Part shown: positions 20,200 to 29,658 of the stretch, piece by piece
Numbering within the stretch: position 1 is the stretch's first letter
How the letters are laid out: every line of letters begins with the position of its first letter
Assembly (NCBI GenBank): GCA_040377305.1
Contig: JBEIPA010000002.1
Location: 128,001 to 192,000 of the forward strand
Direction: 5' to 3'
Length of the DNA stretch: 64,000 nucleotides
DNA from: Flavobacteriales bacterium
GTDB taxonomy: Bacteria > Bacteroidota > Bacteroidia > Palsa-965
Made by a program: the position numbers and the translations under genes
The notes under the pieces: model-generated
The model's database searches: none
What the model was told of the DNA's origin: nothing
The model's input: the letters and a program-made list of their open reading frames with translations, nothing else

Positions 20200-23100
20200 C
20201 TAATCAACGTTGTCGTGAAGAAATGAATTGTTCGGACGAATCTCGATTTTCTTCTCCTCGTTCTCAGTCAGAGTGAAACGTGATACCTGCGATTCAGATG
20301 AGTGAGGAACATTCTCGAGGTTAACGTTGCGGCGTTTGTAAGCTGGTTCGTTTTCCATTTCGTTCAACACTTGCGGGCTCTTCAATTTCAGGCTGATGTC
20401 GCGCAGTTTCTGGATGCGCTCATTCGCACGACGCTGGATATCTTCCTGCTCCGCTTTCTTAGCAGCTTCTTGCGGATCCATTTCCGCTTTCACTTCTTCC
20501 TTGAGGATGAGTGTTGGTTCAGCAACTTCTTCAACAAATGATTCTTCGATCGATGAAGTGATCTCGCTCATTGATGGAGTTTCCGTAAACTCTTCTGAAC
20601 TGAGTTCGCTGATTGGCTCGACAATTTCCTGAGACGTACTTACGATTTCAAACTCCACGCTTGTTGTTGAAGTCCACTCCGACTTCGTTTCAGCAACCGG
20701 CTCTATCGATTTAGATACGAGGAACGGCTCCAGCGGATTCACTTCTGTTTCTGCTACAGGAGGTGTGGTTGTTTCTGCTTTCGGTGCTTCAATAACTGTT
20801 CTCTCTTCGAGCTGACGAACAACTTTTTCAGGCTGTGATTTCGGAGCGTACTCGTAGTTCACAGGATTTGTTTGCTGGAATCCGGTTGCGATGATGGTCA
20901 CGCTCACTGAATCGCCAAGTGAAGTATCAACTCCGTATCCTTTGATTATTTCTGCAGTCTGACCAGCAGCTTCCTGGATGAAGTCGGTGATTTCACCAAG
21001 CTCGTCCATTGTGATTTCTTCAGAACCGGAGATGATATTCAGCAACACATAACGCGCGCCGATAATGTTGTTGTCGTTAAGGAGCGGAGAGTTCAGTGAC
21101 ATTTCCACTGCGCGTACTGCACGGTTCTCACCCGAAGCCACTGCCGATCCCATGATTGCCACACCGCTGTTGCGCATTACTGTGCAGATATCGGCGAAGT
21201 CAACGTTGATCTGTTGTGTGATGCTGATAATTTCTGCAATGCTCTTCGCAGCTGTTGTGAGTACATCGTCAGCGTGAGCAAACGCGTCGCTCAACTTCAG
21301 GTTGCCGTACATTTCACGAAGCTTGTCGTTGCGGATAACGAGAAGCGTGTCAACGTTCTGCTTCAGCAATTCGATTCCTTCTTCAGCATACTGGCGGCGT
21401 TTCTTTCCTTCGTGTGCGAATGGAACAGTAACGATACCAACGGTAAGGATTCCCAGTTCGCGTGCAACACCAGCAATTACCGGAGCTGCACCCGTTCCAG
21501 TTCCTCCACCCATACCAGCGGTGATGAACACCATTTTGGTATTGTTGGAAAGAATTGTGCGGAGATCTTCTATGTTTTCGATTGCGGCGTTGCGACCAAC
21601 TTCAGGAATTGATCCTGCACCACGTCCTTCGGTCAAAGTAGTTCCGAGAACCACTTTGTGAGGAACAGGGCTAAGGTCGAGTGCCTGTTTATCAGTATTG
21701 CATACAAGGAAATCAACACCCTTGATGCCGAGTTTGTACATGTGATTTACAGCGTTACTGCCGCCGCCGCCAACACCAATTACCTTGATGATAGACGAGT
21801 ATTCCGGAAGTTCGAATTTCATGGCTTCTTCGGATTTGAGATTAGTATGTGTGTGTGTTTCAATTTCGAATGTTGTTGTTTCAATAGTTTCACCTTCAAA
21901 CAACGGAAGCTCGCCAGGAAGCGAAGCATTGAAGCTTGCCTCTTCAGCGATGTCTTCGAACTCTGCTACTGGTTCAACTGCGTACATCCACGAGTGTTCT
22001 ACATTTACGAACACCGGTGTTGGAGTTTCAGCTACTGGATTTGCTTCTCCTGCTAGCTCGATAGGCTGGAATTCTTCGTTGAATATTGTGTTGTGTGACT
22101 CTGACATATTATGGTTTGCTGCTTCTGTGTTGGTAACGTTGCTTATCTCCCAGCCCATCTCAGTCGTACCGGTAGGCATTATCGTATCTTCTACGGTATC
22201 GGCAACGGGTGACATATTTATTTCAAAGGCCGGTTCAAGTCCGATTGCTTCGAGTGTTTCACTGATTACTTCCGGTGTAAATTCCGCGATCGGCATTTGA
22301 ACCGAATGTTCTTCGACCAGCGAAGCAAAATCAACATCTGCAACCGGATCGGCAGTCCATTCAGCTACCGGATCAGGGGTCCATTCTGCAACAGGATCAG
22401 CTACCACTTCAATTGATCCGGCAATTTCAACTTCTGAACTAATTTCTGAAATCAATTCTATTTCAGATTCAACTTTCCCAAGCGGCTCCATACTTATTTC
22501 CGCAAGCACGTCTTCGGATACTTCTGCAACGATCTCTTCAATCTCAACTGGAGCCAATTCTTCAACAACAGCAACAGTTGTTTCTTCAACAACCGCTTCA
22601 ACTGGCGAAACTGCTTCGATATCTGAAGTCACTACAACTTCCCCAACAACTTCAACTTCGCTTGTAATTTCTGCAACCGGAATAATTTCCAGTTCCTCTA
22701 CTGGTTCTACCTCATGATTAGCCTCGGCAGCAGATATAATATCACTGATCGGTTCTGAAACAATTTCAGATACCGGAACATTATGTGTTTCAACAATTGC
22801 AGCTTTCACTTCTTCATTGTTGTAATCGAATTCTTCATCATTCTCACCACCGATGTTTCCGAATCCCTTCATGATATCAGCAACGGAGCGAAACTTTGGC
22901 AATTCAACTTTTGGTTTCGCCTCAACCGGAACTTCTTCTTTCATTTCAGCATTCGCACCAATCTGATTCTCCAGGATGAACTTTGACGTTGTTTCTGACT
23001 CTTCTTTGGCCATCATCTCTGCCCATTCTTTGTCGAACTCCGCATCCCCAGTAGATTCTGCGACCGGACTAACCGGTGTAATTTTATTCACAGTTTCGTC

Positions 23101-23238
23101 CTGCTTCACAGCATCTTTGAAATTCCAGCGCTTTGGAAAACCATCGTTCGAAATCGGAGACGTGTTGTTCATTGACTGAGTGTTTGCCTTCTCCTCGTTC
23201 GATCCCATCTGATTGTTTGAAATTTCATTGAAATCCAT
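20200..23238 (-). CDS. ftsZ: Cell division protein FtsZ with an in-frame 472-aa acidic N-terminal extension; canonical-length form would start at 21822
   Basis: IIKVIGVGGGGSNAV, GMGGGTGTGAAP, INVDFAD, SPLLNDN, C-terminal EPAYKRR...NNSFLHDNVD. Start position uncertain (23238 or 21822). Confidence 0.95.
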   Translation of the reverse strand: MDFNEISNNQMGSNEEKANTQSMNNTSPISNDGFPKRWNFKDAVKQDETVNKITPVSPVAESTGDAEFDKEWAEMMAKEESETTSKFILENQIGANAEMKEEVPVEAKPKVELPKFRSVADIMKGFGNIGGENDEEFDYNNEEVKAAIVETHNVPVSEIVSEPISDIISAAEANHEVEPVEELEIIPVAEITSEVEVVGEVVVTSDIEAVSPVEAVVEETTVAVVEELAPVEIEEIVAEVSEDVLAEISMEPLGKVESEIELISEISSEVEIAGSIEVVADPVAEWTPDPVAEWTADPVADVDFASLVEEHSVQMPIAEFTPEVISETLEAIGLEPAFEINMSPVADTVEDTIMPTGTTEMGWEISNVTNTEAANHNMSESHNTIFNEEFQPIELAGEANPVAETPTPVFVNVEHSWMYAVEPVAEFEDIAEEASFNASLPGELPLFEGETIETTTFEIETHTHTNLKSEEAMKFELPEYSSIIKVIGVGGGGSNAVNHMYKLGIKGVDFLVCNTDKQALDLSPVPHKVVLGTTLTEGRGAGSIPEVGRNAAIENIEDLRTILSNNTKMVFITAGMGGGTGTGAAPVIAGVARELGILTVGIVTVPFAHEGKKRRQYAEEGIELLKQNVDTLLVIRNDKLREMYGNLKLSDAFAHADDVLTTAAKSIAEIISITQQINVDFADICTVMRNSGVAIMGSAVASGENRAVRAVEMSLNSPLLNDNNIIGARYVLLNIISGSEEITMDELGEITDFIQEAAGQTAEIIKGYGVDTSLGDSVSVTIIATGFQQTNPVNYEYAPKSQPEKVVRQLEERTVIEAPKAETTTPPVAETEVNPLEPFLVSKSIEPVAETKSEWTSTTSVEFEIVSTSQEIVEPISELSSEEFTETPSMSEITSSIEESFVEEVAEPTLILKEEVKAEMDPQEAAKKAEQEDIQRRANERIQKLRDISLKLKSPQVLNEMENEPAYKRRNVNLENVPHSSESQVSRFTLTENEEKKIEIRPNNSFLHDNVD

Positions 23239-23390
23239 AGGATACAGTTTGGATAAAAACTGATGAAAATTACTTTACATCTGCGCAAGCAAAACTTTAT
23301 GTAGGGATAACTTGTTAACGCTTAAATGTTGATAGCTCAACGAATTGCACATCGCAAAATCAAGCGTGGAACATTTCCGTGTAACAAGAA

Positions 23391-24668
23391 CTACCCATTA
23401 GGATCTTCCTCGAACCATTGTTTTCCCTTCGTGAATATCTGATCGAACCATCCGCCGCGCTTTTTAGTGTCGGAATGACCCGTTACGATGTTGGTTTTCT
23501 CTTCATTCGGCTTCTGCTTTGCATAAGCAACCAGCCCACGCATCACTAAACCAACACCGGTTGCATACATCGGACTCGTTACATCCTCCGAACTATTCGC
23601 CAGATGTTCGTTTGGATAACCAACACGCGTATCCATGCCAGTCACGTACTCCATCAATTGGGTAATGTGTTTAAGCTGCGATCCACCACCAGTAACTACG
23701 ATCCCTGCGATCAGCTTTTTCTCATACCCCGAATTCTTGATTTCGTAGTACACATGTTCCACGATTTCTTCCATACGCGCCTGAATAATGTGCGCCAGAT
23801 TTTTCACTGAAATTTCCTTGTGTGGGCGTCCGCGCAACCCAGGAATTGAAACAATCTCGTTCTCCTGATTCTCTGAAGCTAATGCAGAACCGAACTTCAC
23901 TTTTAAAAGCTCTGCCTGCGTTTTGATTATACTGCAACCTTCTTTAATATCTTCCGTGATGATGTTTCCACCGAATGGAATTACTGCAGTATGTCGAATG
24001 ATGCCGTCGTGGAATATTGCTACATCGGTTGTACCACCACCGATGTCAACTAGTACTACACCCGCCTCTTTTTCTTCGTCACTCAAAACTGCATCTGCAG
24101 ACGCCAGTGGTTCCAAAGTCAGGTCCGCCACTTCAAGTCCTGCTTTGTTTACACACTTGTAAATATTACGGGCCGCCGCAACCTGTCCTGTAATGATGTG
24201 GAAGTTCGCTTCGAGGCGCGTTCCTGCCATTCCAATCGGGTTCTTGATTCCGATTTCGCTATCCACAATGTACTCTTGCGGAATCACGTGAATAATTTCT
24301 TCGCCCGGTGACATCACCAAGCGGTACATATCTTCGATGAGCTCGTCAATATCTTTCTGACTGATTTCGTCGTCAAGACTGCGGCGGGTTTTCATACCAC
24401 GATGCTGCAGACTCTTGATGTGTTGTCCGGCAATTCCCACGTTGACAACTTTAATGTCAACACCGGATTTATTGCTGGCTTCTTCCAACGCCATCTTGAT
24501 TGCCTTTACGGTCTCGTCGATGTTCAAAACCACTCCACGGGCAACACCGAGTGATTCAGCTTTACCCATACCGAGGATTTCAATTTTTCCATGCTCAGTA
24601 CGTCGTCCCACCAGTGCGGCGATTTTAGTGGTTCCGATGTCAAGACCGACTACGATTTCAGATTCCAT
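23391..24668 (-). CDS. ftsA: Cell division protein FtsA
   Basis: VGLDIGTTKI, VDIGGGTTD, VTGGGSQL, YATGVGL, amphipathic C-terminus WFDQIFTKGKQWF. Confidence 0.98.
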   Translation of the reverse strand: MESEIVVGLDIGTTKIAALVGRRTEHGKIEILGMGKAESLGVARGVVLNIDETVKAIKMALEEASNKSGVDIKVVNVGIAGQHIKSLQHRGMKTRRSLDDEISQKDIDELIEDMYRLVMSPGEEIIHVIPQEYIVDSEIGIKNPIGMAGTRLEANFHIITGQVAAARNIYKCVNKAGLEVADLTLEPLASADAVLSDEEKEAGVVLVDIGGGTTDVAIFHDGIIRHTAVIPFGGNIITEDIKEGCSIIKTQAELLKVKFGSALASENQENEIVSIPGLRGRPHKEISVKNLAHIIQARMEEIVEHVYYEIKNSGYEKKLIAGIVVTGGGSQLKHITQLMEYVTGMDTRVGYPNEHLANSSEDVTSPMYATGVGLVMRGLVAYAKQKPNEEKTNIVTGHSDTKKRGGWFDQIFTKGKQWFEEDPNG

Positions 24669-25473
24669 TTGTGATTGGCTTTTTGGTACAAACTATTTGA
24701 TTTTTATAGCGCAGATCAATTGCACTATACTCTGTCCATCGGCCCGTTGTATTAAGGCCATGGATGTAAAAAAGATTTAGCTTTTTAAATTTTGCATCGA
24801 TATTCTGAACATCACCGAAGACGATTTTGTGATCGCCCACCCGTGGGATTAATTCGAATCCATTATCCGGTGATAAGTACAACTGAACCATCTGAACGCG
24901 CAGGAATGAATCAGCATCAATTGCCTTCACTACATTCCAGATGTTATCGAGTGCCGTTGCGGTCTTCATTGCAGAATCAGCATCGATAAGACTGAAATCC
25001 TTGTTCTTCATATCTGCATACGTCTCAATGAAATTTCCATTTACGATGATTACCGGAGCAGTGTATTGTTCAGACCACGGCATGAGCTTACCATTTTCAT
25101 CCATGTAATAGGATTCTCCCGACAAATTTGTGAGACGCGCTATTGGTCGGCGCTGTTGAACTCTGAGTAATACTTTTCCTTCGACAGTAATACACGCCTC
25201 ACAAGTTTGAACAGAGGGATTAGACAACACCAGCTGTTCAATTACCGGAATATCAATTTCAGAAATCGCCTGTCGATCTGCACTGAAACCATTACTGATG
25301 AGCAAGGTGTTCAGTGTTTCCTCCGGAATAAATTCGTGTTGACCGATTGGCTCGATCACAATGTCAACCCCCATTGCAACGCGCTTCTCGTGCTGATGCA
25401 TCGCGAATCCGGTAAGGAAAATTATTGCAATGCCACAGAGAACCCAGGCAGATATAATGAGAATCCGTTTCAT
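24658..25473 (-). CDS. ftsQ: Cell division protein FtsQ
   Basis: N-terminal TM, POTRA-like region, QRRPIAR, IDLRYKNQIVC; between murC and ftsA. Confidence 0.88.
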   Translation of the reverse strand: MKRILIISAWVLCGIAIIFLTGFAMHQHEKRVAMGVDIVIEPIGQHEFIPEETLNTLLISNGFSADRQAISEIDIPVIEQLVLSNPSVQTCEACITVEGKVLLRVQQRRPIARLTNLSGESYYMDENGKLMPWSEQYTAPVIIVNGNFIETYADMKNKDFSLIDADSAMKTATALDNIWNVVKAIDADSFLRVQMVQLYLSPDNGFELIPRVGDHKIVFGDVQNIDAKFKKLNLFYIHGLNTTGRWTEYSAIDLRYKNQIVCTKKPITNGI

Positions 25474-26840
25474 GAGTGACCTCCCTTCAATTTCAACACA
25501 TTTGCTACCGGTTTCACCAAACGGTCAATATCTCCTGCACCCAACATCAAAGTCACTTCCGGATTATTCTTTTCTATGAGTGACACTAATTCTTCCTTCG
25601 CGCATAGAAATTTATCGGGACCACTAATTTTTTCCAGAAGCATTGAGGAAGTGACTCCCGCGATAGGCAATTCACGTGCAGGATAAATCTCGAGTAGAAT
25701 TACGATATCGAGCATTTCCAGACTGCGTGCGAATTGATCAGCAAAATCGCGGGTCCGTGAAAACAAATGTGGTTGAAACACTCCGGTAATTTTCTTATCC
25801 GGATATAATTCACGCGCGGCAGAAATTGCAGCTTTCAGTTCTTCAGGATGGTGCGCGTAATCGTCTATAACAATATGCGTCTCTGTTCTCAGTGCAAATT
25901 CGAACCGACGGTGAACTCCGCGGAAATCGTTTATGCCTTTCCGGATGCCTTCAGCTGTTGCACCGAATTCAAGAGCCAGCGTTATCGCAGCAGTTGCATT
26001 TTCCACGTTGTGACGACCCGGTACAGAAAGATGCAAATCTGAAATGGTCTCGCGTTCTCCTTTATAGTCAAAAACGAACGCTCCATTGATAACGCGCACA
26101 TTTGATGCACTGTTCAACGATGCGTTAATTCCATAATTGCGTATGCGAACATCGGTACGATAATTTTCGCTCTCGTTCAGATCCAATCCGCTCTTCAGGA
26201 CAAGAGTTCCATCTTTCTTTACGCGCTCTGCGAATGATCTGTAGCTGTCTGTTACCTGCGAATGATCCCCATAAATGTCGAGATGATCTGCATCCATAGA
26301 TGTGATGATCGCACCAGCTGGAGATAAATGCAGGAAAGAACGATCGTACTCATCTGCTTCAACAACGACCAGTTTTGGATCGCCGAAAACGTAATTCGTT
26401 AAGTAGTTGGCAGAGATTCCTCCGAGAAACGCCGTGCAATTCACTCCAGAGCTTTTCAGCAAGTGAGTAAGCATTGTAGTTGTAGTAGTCTTACCGTGCG
26501 TTCCTGCTACCGCCAGACAAACTGAATCAGCACTAATCATTCCCAAAACTTCAGCTCGTTTTTTTATTGGAAGTCCGCGCTGTCTTAAGTGTATCCATTC
26601 TTTATGATCCGCAGGAATCGCGGGGGTAAGAACTACCAGGTCAACATCAGTTGGAATTAATTCAACGTTGTCTTCAAAGTGAATTCTCATTCCGGAAGCT
26701 ATCATTTCATCCGTGATTTCACTTGACGTTTTATCGTAACCCGAAATGCGAATTCCGCGTCCATGAAAATATTTCGCAAGCGCACTCATACCGATTCCGC
26801 CGATACCCAAAAAGTAAATATGTCGTACTTGTTCGAACAT
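25470..26840 (-). CDS. murC: UDP-N-acetylmuramate--L-alanine ligase
   Basis: GIGGIGMSALA, AGTHGKTTT, EADEYDRSFL, DDYAHHP, FQPHLFSRT. Confidence 0.98.
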   Translation of the reverse strand: MFEQVRHIYFLGIGGIGMSALAKYFHGRGIRISGYDKTSSEITDEMIASGMRIHFEDNVELIPTDVDLVVLTPAIPADHKEWIHLRQRGLPIKKRAEVLGMISADSVCLAVAGTHGKTTTTTMLTHLLKSSGVNCTAFLGGISANYLTNYVFGDPKLVVVEADEYDRSFLHLSPAGAIITSMDADHLDIYGDHSQVTDSYRSFAERVKKDGTLVLKSGLDLNESENYRTDVRIRNYGINASLNSASNVRVINGAFVFDYKGERETISDLHLSVPGRHNVENATAAITLALEFGATAEGIRKGINDFRGVHRRFEFALRTETHIVIDDYAHHPEELKAAISAARELYPDKKITGVFQPHLFSRTRDFADQFARSLEMLDIVILLEIYPARELPIAGVTSSMLLEKISGPDKFLCAKEELVSLIEKNNPEVTLMLGAGDIDRLVKPVANVLKLKGGHS

Positions 26841-27946
26841 TATTTCTTTTGTGCTTGTATGAGGGTTAATATTTCACCAGCTATGAGATCGGCTGCATTC
26901 GGTGTGGCCATCTGACCAATCTTAACTTCCAATTCGGTTCGCATTGTCTCATCCGCGAAAAGCTCAAGAATCTTCTTCGTAAGTTTTGAAGTTGCTTCTA
27001 CATCCTTTACCAACACTGCAGCACCTTTATTCACCAACGCCATTGCATTTTTCGTTTGGTGATCTTCTGCAACGTTCGGTGAAGGAACGAGAATGGACGC
27101 TTTCGCAACCAGACACAATTCAGAAACCGAACTTGCGCCAGCCCTCGAGACTACCAAGTCAGCTGCCGCGTATGCTAAATCCATTTTTGTAATAAAGTCG
27201 TTTACGAATACTCCTTCTAAACCTTCGGTGACTTTTTTTGCTTCCGGCAGAAATGCCTTTCCGGTCTGCCAAATTACCTGATAACCCGCAGAAGTGATTT
27301 CTTTGATTCCAGCAGCCATGCTCTGATTTAGCGTTCGCGCGCCGAGGCTTCCTCCAATCACCAGCAACGTTTTCTTATCTGCACTTAATGAGAAAAACTC
27401 CATTGCCCGCGGATGCTTTCCTTGCAGATTCAAAATATCCTGTCGTACCGGGTTTCCTGTAAAAATGATTTTCTCCTGAGGGAAATATTTCTCCATTCCC
27501 TGATACGCCACACAAATACGACTCACACGTGCCGACAAAACACGATTTGTAATTCCGGGAAACGAATTTTGCTCCTGAATCAGAGTTGGAACACCTGCTT
27601 TTGATGCAACGCGTAACATGGGACCGCTCGCGTATCCACCTGTGCCAATTACTGCATTCGGTTTGAAATCACGCATAATCTTTTTTGCGCGCATCAAGCT
27701 ACTTAATACTTTGAACGGAAATGAAAGATTTGCAAACGTTAGTTTGCGCTGGAGACCGCTAATCCACAATCCAACAATTTTGTATCCAGCTGCAGGAACT
27801 TTTTCCATTTCCATTCTACCTTCTGCACCAACGAATAAAAATTCAGCATCAGGTACGCGCTGCTTTAACGCATTCGCAATTGCAATTGCCGGAAAGATGT
27901 GTCCACCCGTCCCTCCTCCACTCACGATGAACTTAAGCGGCTGCAA
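26840..27946 (-). CDS. murG: Lipid II GlcNAc transferase MurG
   Basis: SGGGTGGHIFP, GTGGYAS, EQNSFPG, GGSLGA, SRAGASS, HQTKNA; start moved to TTG 27946 (AAGGAGG 5 nt upstream). Confidence 0.96.
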   Translation of the reverse strand: MQPLKFIVSGGGTGGHIFPAIAIANALKQRVPDAEFLFVGAEGRMEMEKVPAAGYKIVGLWISGLQRKLTFANLSFPFKVLSSLMRAKKIMRDFKPNAVIGTGGYASGPMLRVASKAGVPTLIQEQNSFPGITNRVLSARVSRICVAYQGMEKYFPQEKIIFTGNPVRQDILNLQGKHPRAMEFFSLSADKKTLLVIGGSLGARTLNQSMAAGIKEITSAGYQVIWQTGKAFLPEAKKVTEGLEGVFVNDFITKMDLAYAAADLVVSRAGASSVSELCLVAKASILVPSPNVAEDHQTKNAMALVNKGAAVLVKDVEATSKLTKKILELFADETMRTELEVKIGQMATPNAADLIAGEILTLIQAQKK

Positions 27947-29105
27947 CCTTGCCTCCTTCCGAAACGCCATCAGCGCCTTCACCATTTTCGCGACTCACAC
28001 TCAGAATTATTCCGACTGCTATGCTTGAGAATAAAAGTGATGTTCCACCCATGCTTATGAATGGCAATGTTTGTCCGGTAACAGGAAACAGGCTTACGTC
28101 AACCGCCATGTGAATCAGTGCCTGAAAGACGACACTGAATGCTAAACCAATTGCGAGCAAGGATCCGAATGTCTTATCTGATTGTGTCGAGACTCGCACT
28201 CCCCGGAAGAGCAAGATGAGAAAAAGAAGTGCAATGAATGCTCCTCCGATCAATCCGTATTCTTCAATTATACTTGCGTAAATGAAATCGGAATAAGGAT
28301 GCGGGAGAGAATTTCTCTGTGTGCTGTTACCTGCACCTTTCCCTATGATTCCTCCCGTTGCAATTGCAATTTTAGCCTGATCCGACTGCAATCGTTTATC
28401 CGGATCGAGTTCAGCATCGCTGGTGAAATTTACAATACGTGACTTCCACGTGTTCACTCGCGGAAGTGCATCTTCCCAAACGGTTGCAATTCCGAGAAGT
28501 AAAACAAAACCAAGAACACCTATTCCCAGAACTCCTGCAATATATTTGAGTTTCACCCGTCCGATAAACATCAGGATGAGACAGGTTGTGAAGAGAAGAG
28601 CTGCCGTAGAAAAATTCGCCGGAAGGATTAGTCCACAGATTAGCGCTACGGGAATCATTATATGAATGAGTACGACCTTAAAGTCGTTTATCTCATCTTG
28701 TTTTTGTGTGAGTACCCTTGCGAGATACATGATGAGTGCTAGTTTCGCAAAATCGGAAGGTTGGAATGTCAAACCGGTTCCTGGAATTGGAATCCATCGA
28801 TTTGCATCATTCAGATTTGTCCCGCTTAATAAAGTATACAACAACAGAGGAACAGCTGCAAACAACATCAGTTGAGAAATACGCGAGTAGTACGTGTACT
28901 TGATCCGATGAGTAATGAACATGAGAACCAGACCGAGTAAGATTGTACGTAAGTGACGAAACAAATAATACTCCGTATCGCCATCATGATGTTTGTAAGC
29001 CAAAGTCACAATGGTAGAATAAACCGCAGCCAGCGACAACAATGAAAGTAACACGACGATCATCCAGATCACCCTATCACCTTTGAAATAGCCGAATACG
29101 TTCAT
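27933..29105 (-). CDS. ftsW: SEDS peptidoglycan polymerase FtsW
   Basis: ANRWI, FQPSDFAK, LPHPYSDFIYASIIEEYG, PVTGQTLPFISMGGTS; multiple TMs. Confidence 0.95.
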   Translation of the reverse strand: MNVFGYFKGDRVIWMIVVLLSLLSLAAVYSTIVTLAYKHHDGDTEYYLFRHLRTILLGLVLMFITHRIKYTYYSRISQLMLFAAVPLLLYTLLSGTNLNDANRWIPIPGTGLTFQPSDFAKLALIMYLARVLTQKQDEINDFKVVLIHIMIPVALICGLILPANFSTAALLFTTCLILMFIGRVKLKYIAGVLGIGVLGFVLLLGIATVWEDALPRVNTWKSRIVNFTSDAELDPDKRLQSDQAKIAIATGGIIGKGAGNSTQRNSLPHPYSDFIYASIIEEYGLIGGAFIALLFLILLFRGVRVSTQSDKTFGSLLAIGLAFSVVFQALIHMAVDVSLFPVTGQTLPFISMGGTSLLFSSIAVGIILSVSRENGEGADGVSEGGKVAAA

Positions 29106-29129
29106 CCTACAATTGTGATTTGATAATTA

Positions 29130-29639
29130 TCATTTCGTATATAATTCTGTCCTAACCGCGTCGCGGAAACTATTTCCACGATTGCGATAATTGTCAAACG
29201 CGTCATAACTCGGACAACCCGGTGCGAACAAAACCGACTTCGCATTGTTCCTGCTCAGTGTGTGTGCAGTTTTCACTGCTTCCTGGATATAAGTTGCACG
29301 GACAATAAGGTGAGCGCTCCCGCTAAAAGCCTCTACATATTTCCATGGCGTTGTTCCTAAACAAACAACTGCTGCAACCTTCTCCTTTATTAAACCACTG
29401 AGCTTGTACTGATCGCTTGCACGATCTGTACCGCCAATTATCAGCACCACCGGACCTTGTACATCGCGTAGTGCCAACCAGGCGAGATCAGTTGTCGTTG
29501 CCATAGAATGATTGATCCATGCAACTCCATCCTTCTCACACACCGTTTCAAAACAGTGCGATTCGTCGCCCTGCATTTTGAGACGTGCATTGATCAGCTC
29601 TTGCTGTTGTGAAAGTGTTTGATCGGTGGTTAAGTACAT
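29130..29639 (-). CDS. Stand-alone degenerate paralogue of the MurD C-terminal domain
   Basis: Aligns by eye to the last ~160 aa of the adjacent MurD: [92 protein letters not shown]. Confidence 0.85.
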   Translation of the reverse strand: [169 protein letters not shown]

Positions 29640-29658
29640 ACCGCTCTAATTTTTCTGA

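Noticed and set aside
20330-20880. Long acidic C-terminal linker of FtsZ
   Set aside because: Long C-terminal linkers are already known in Bacteroidota FtsZ; only the N-terminal arm is unusual.
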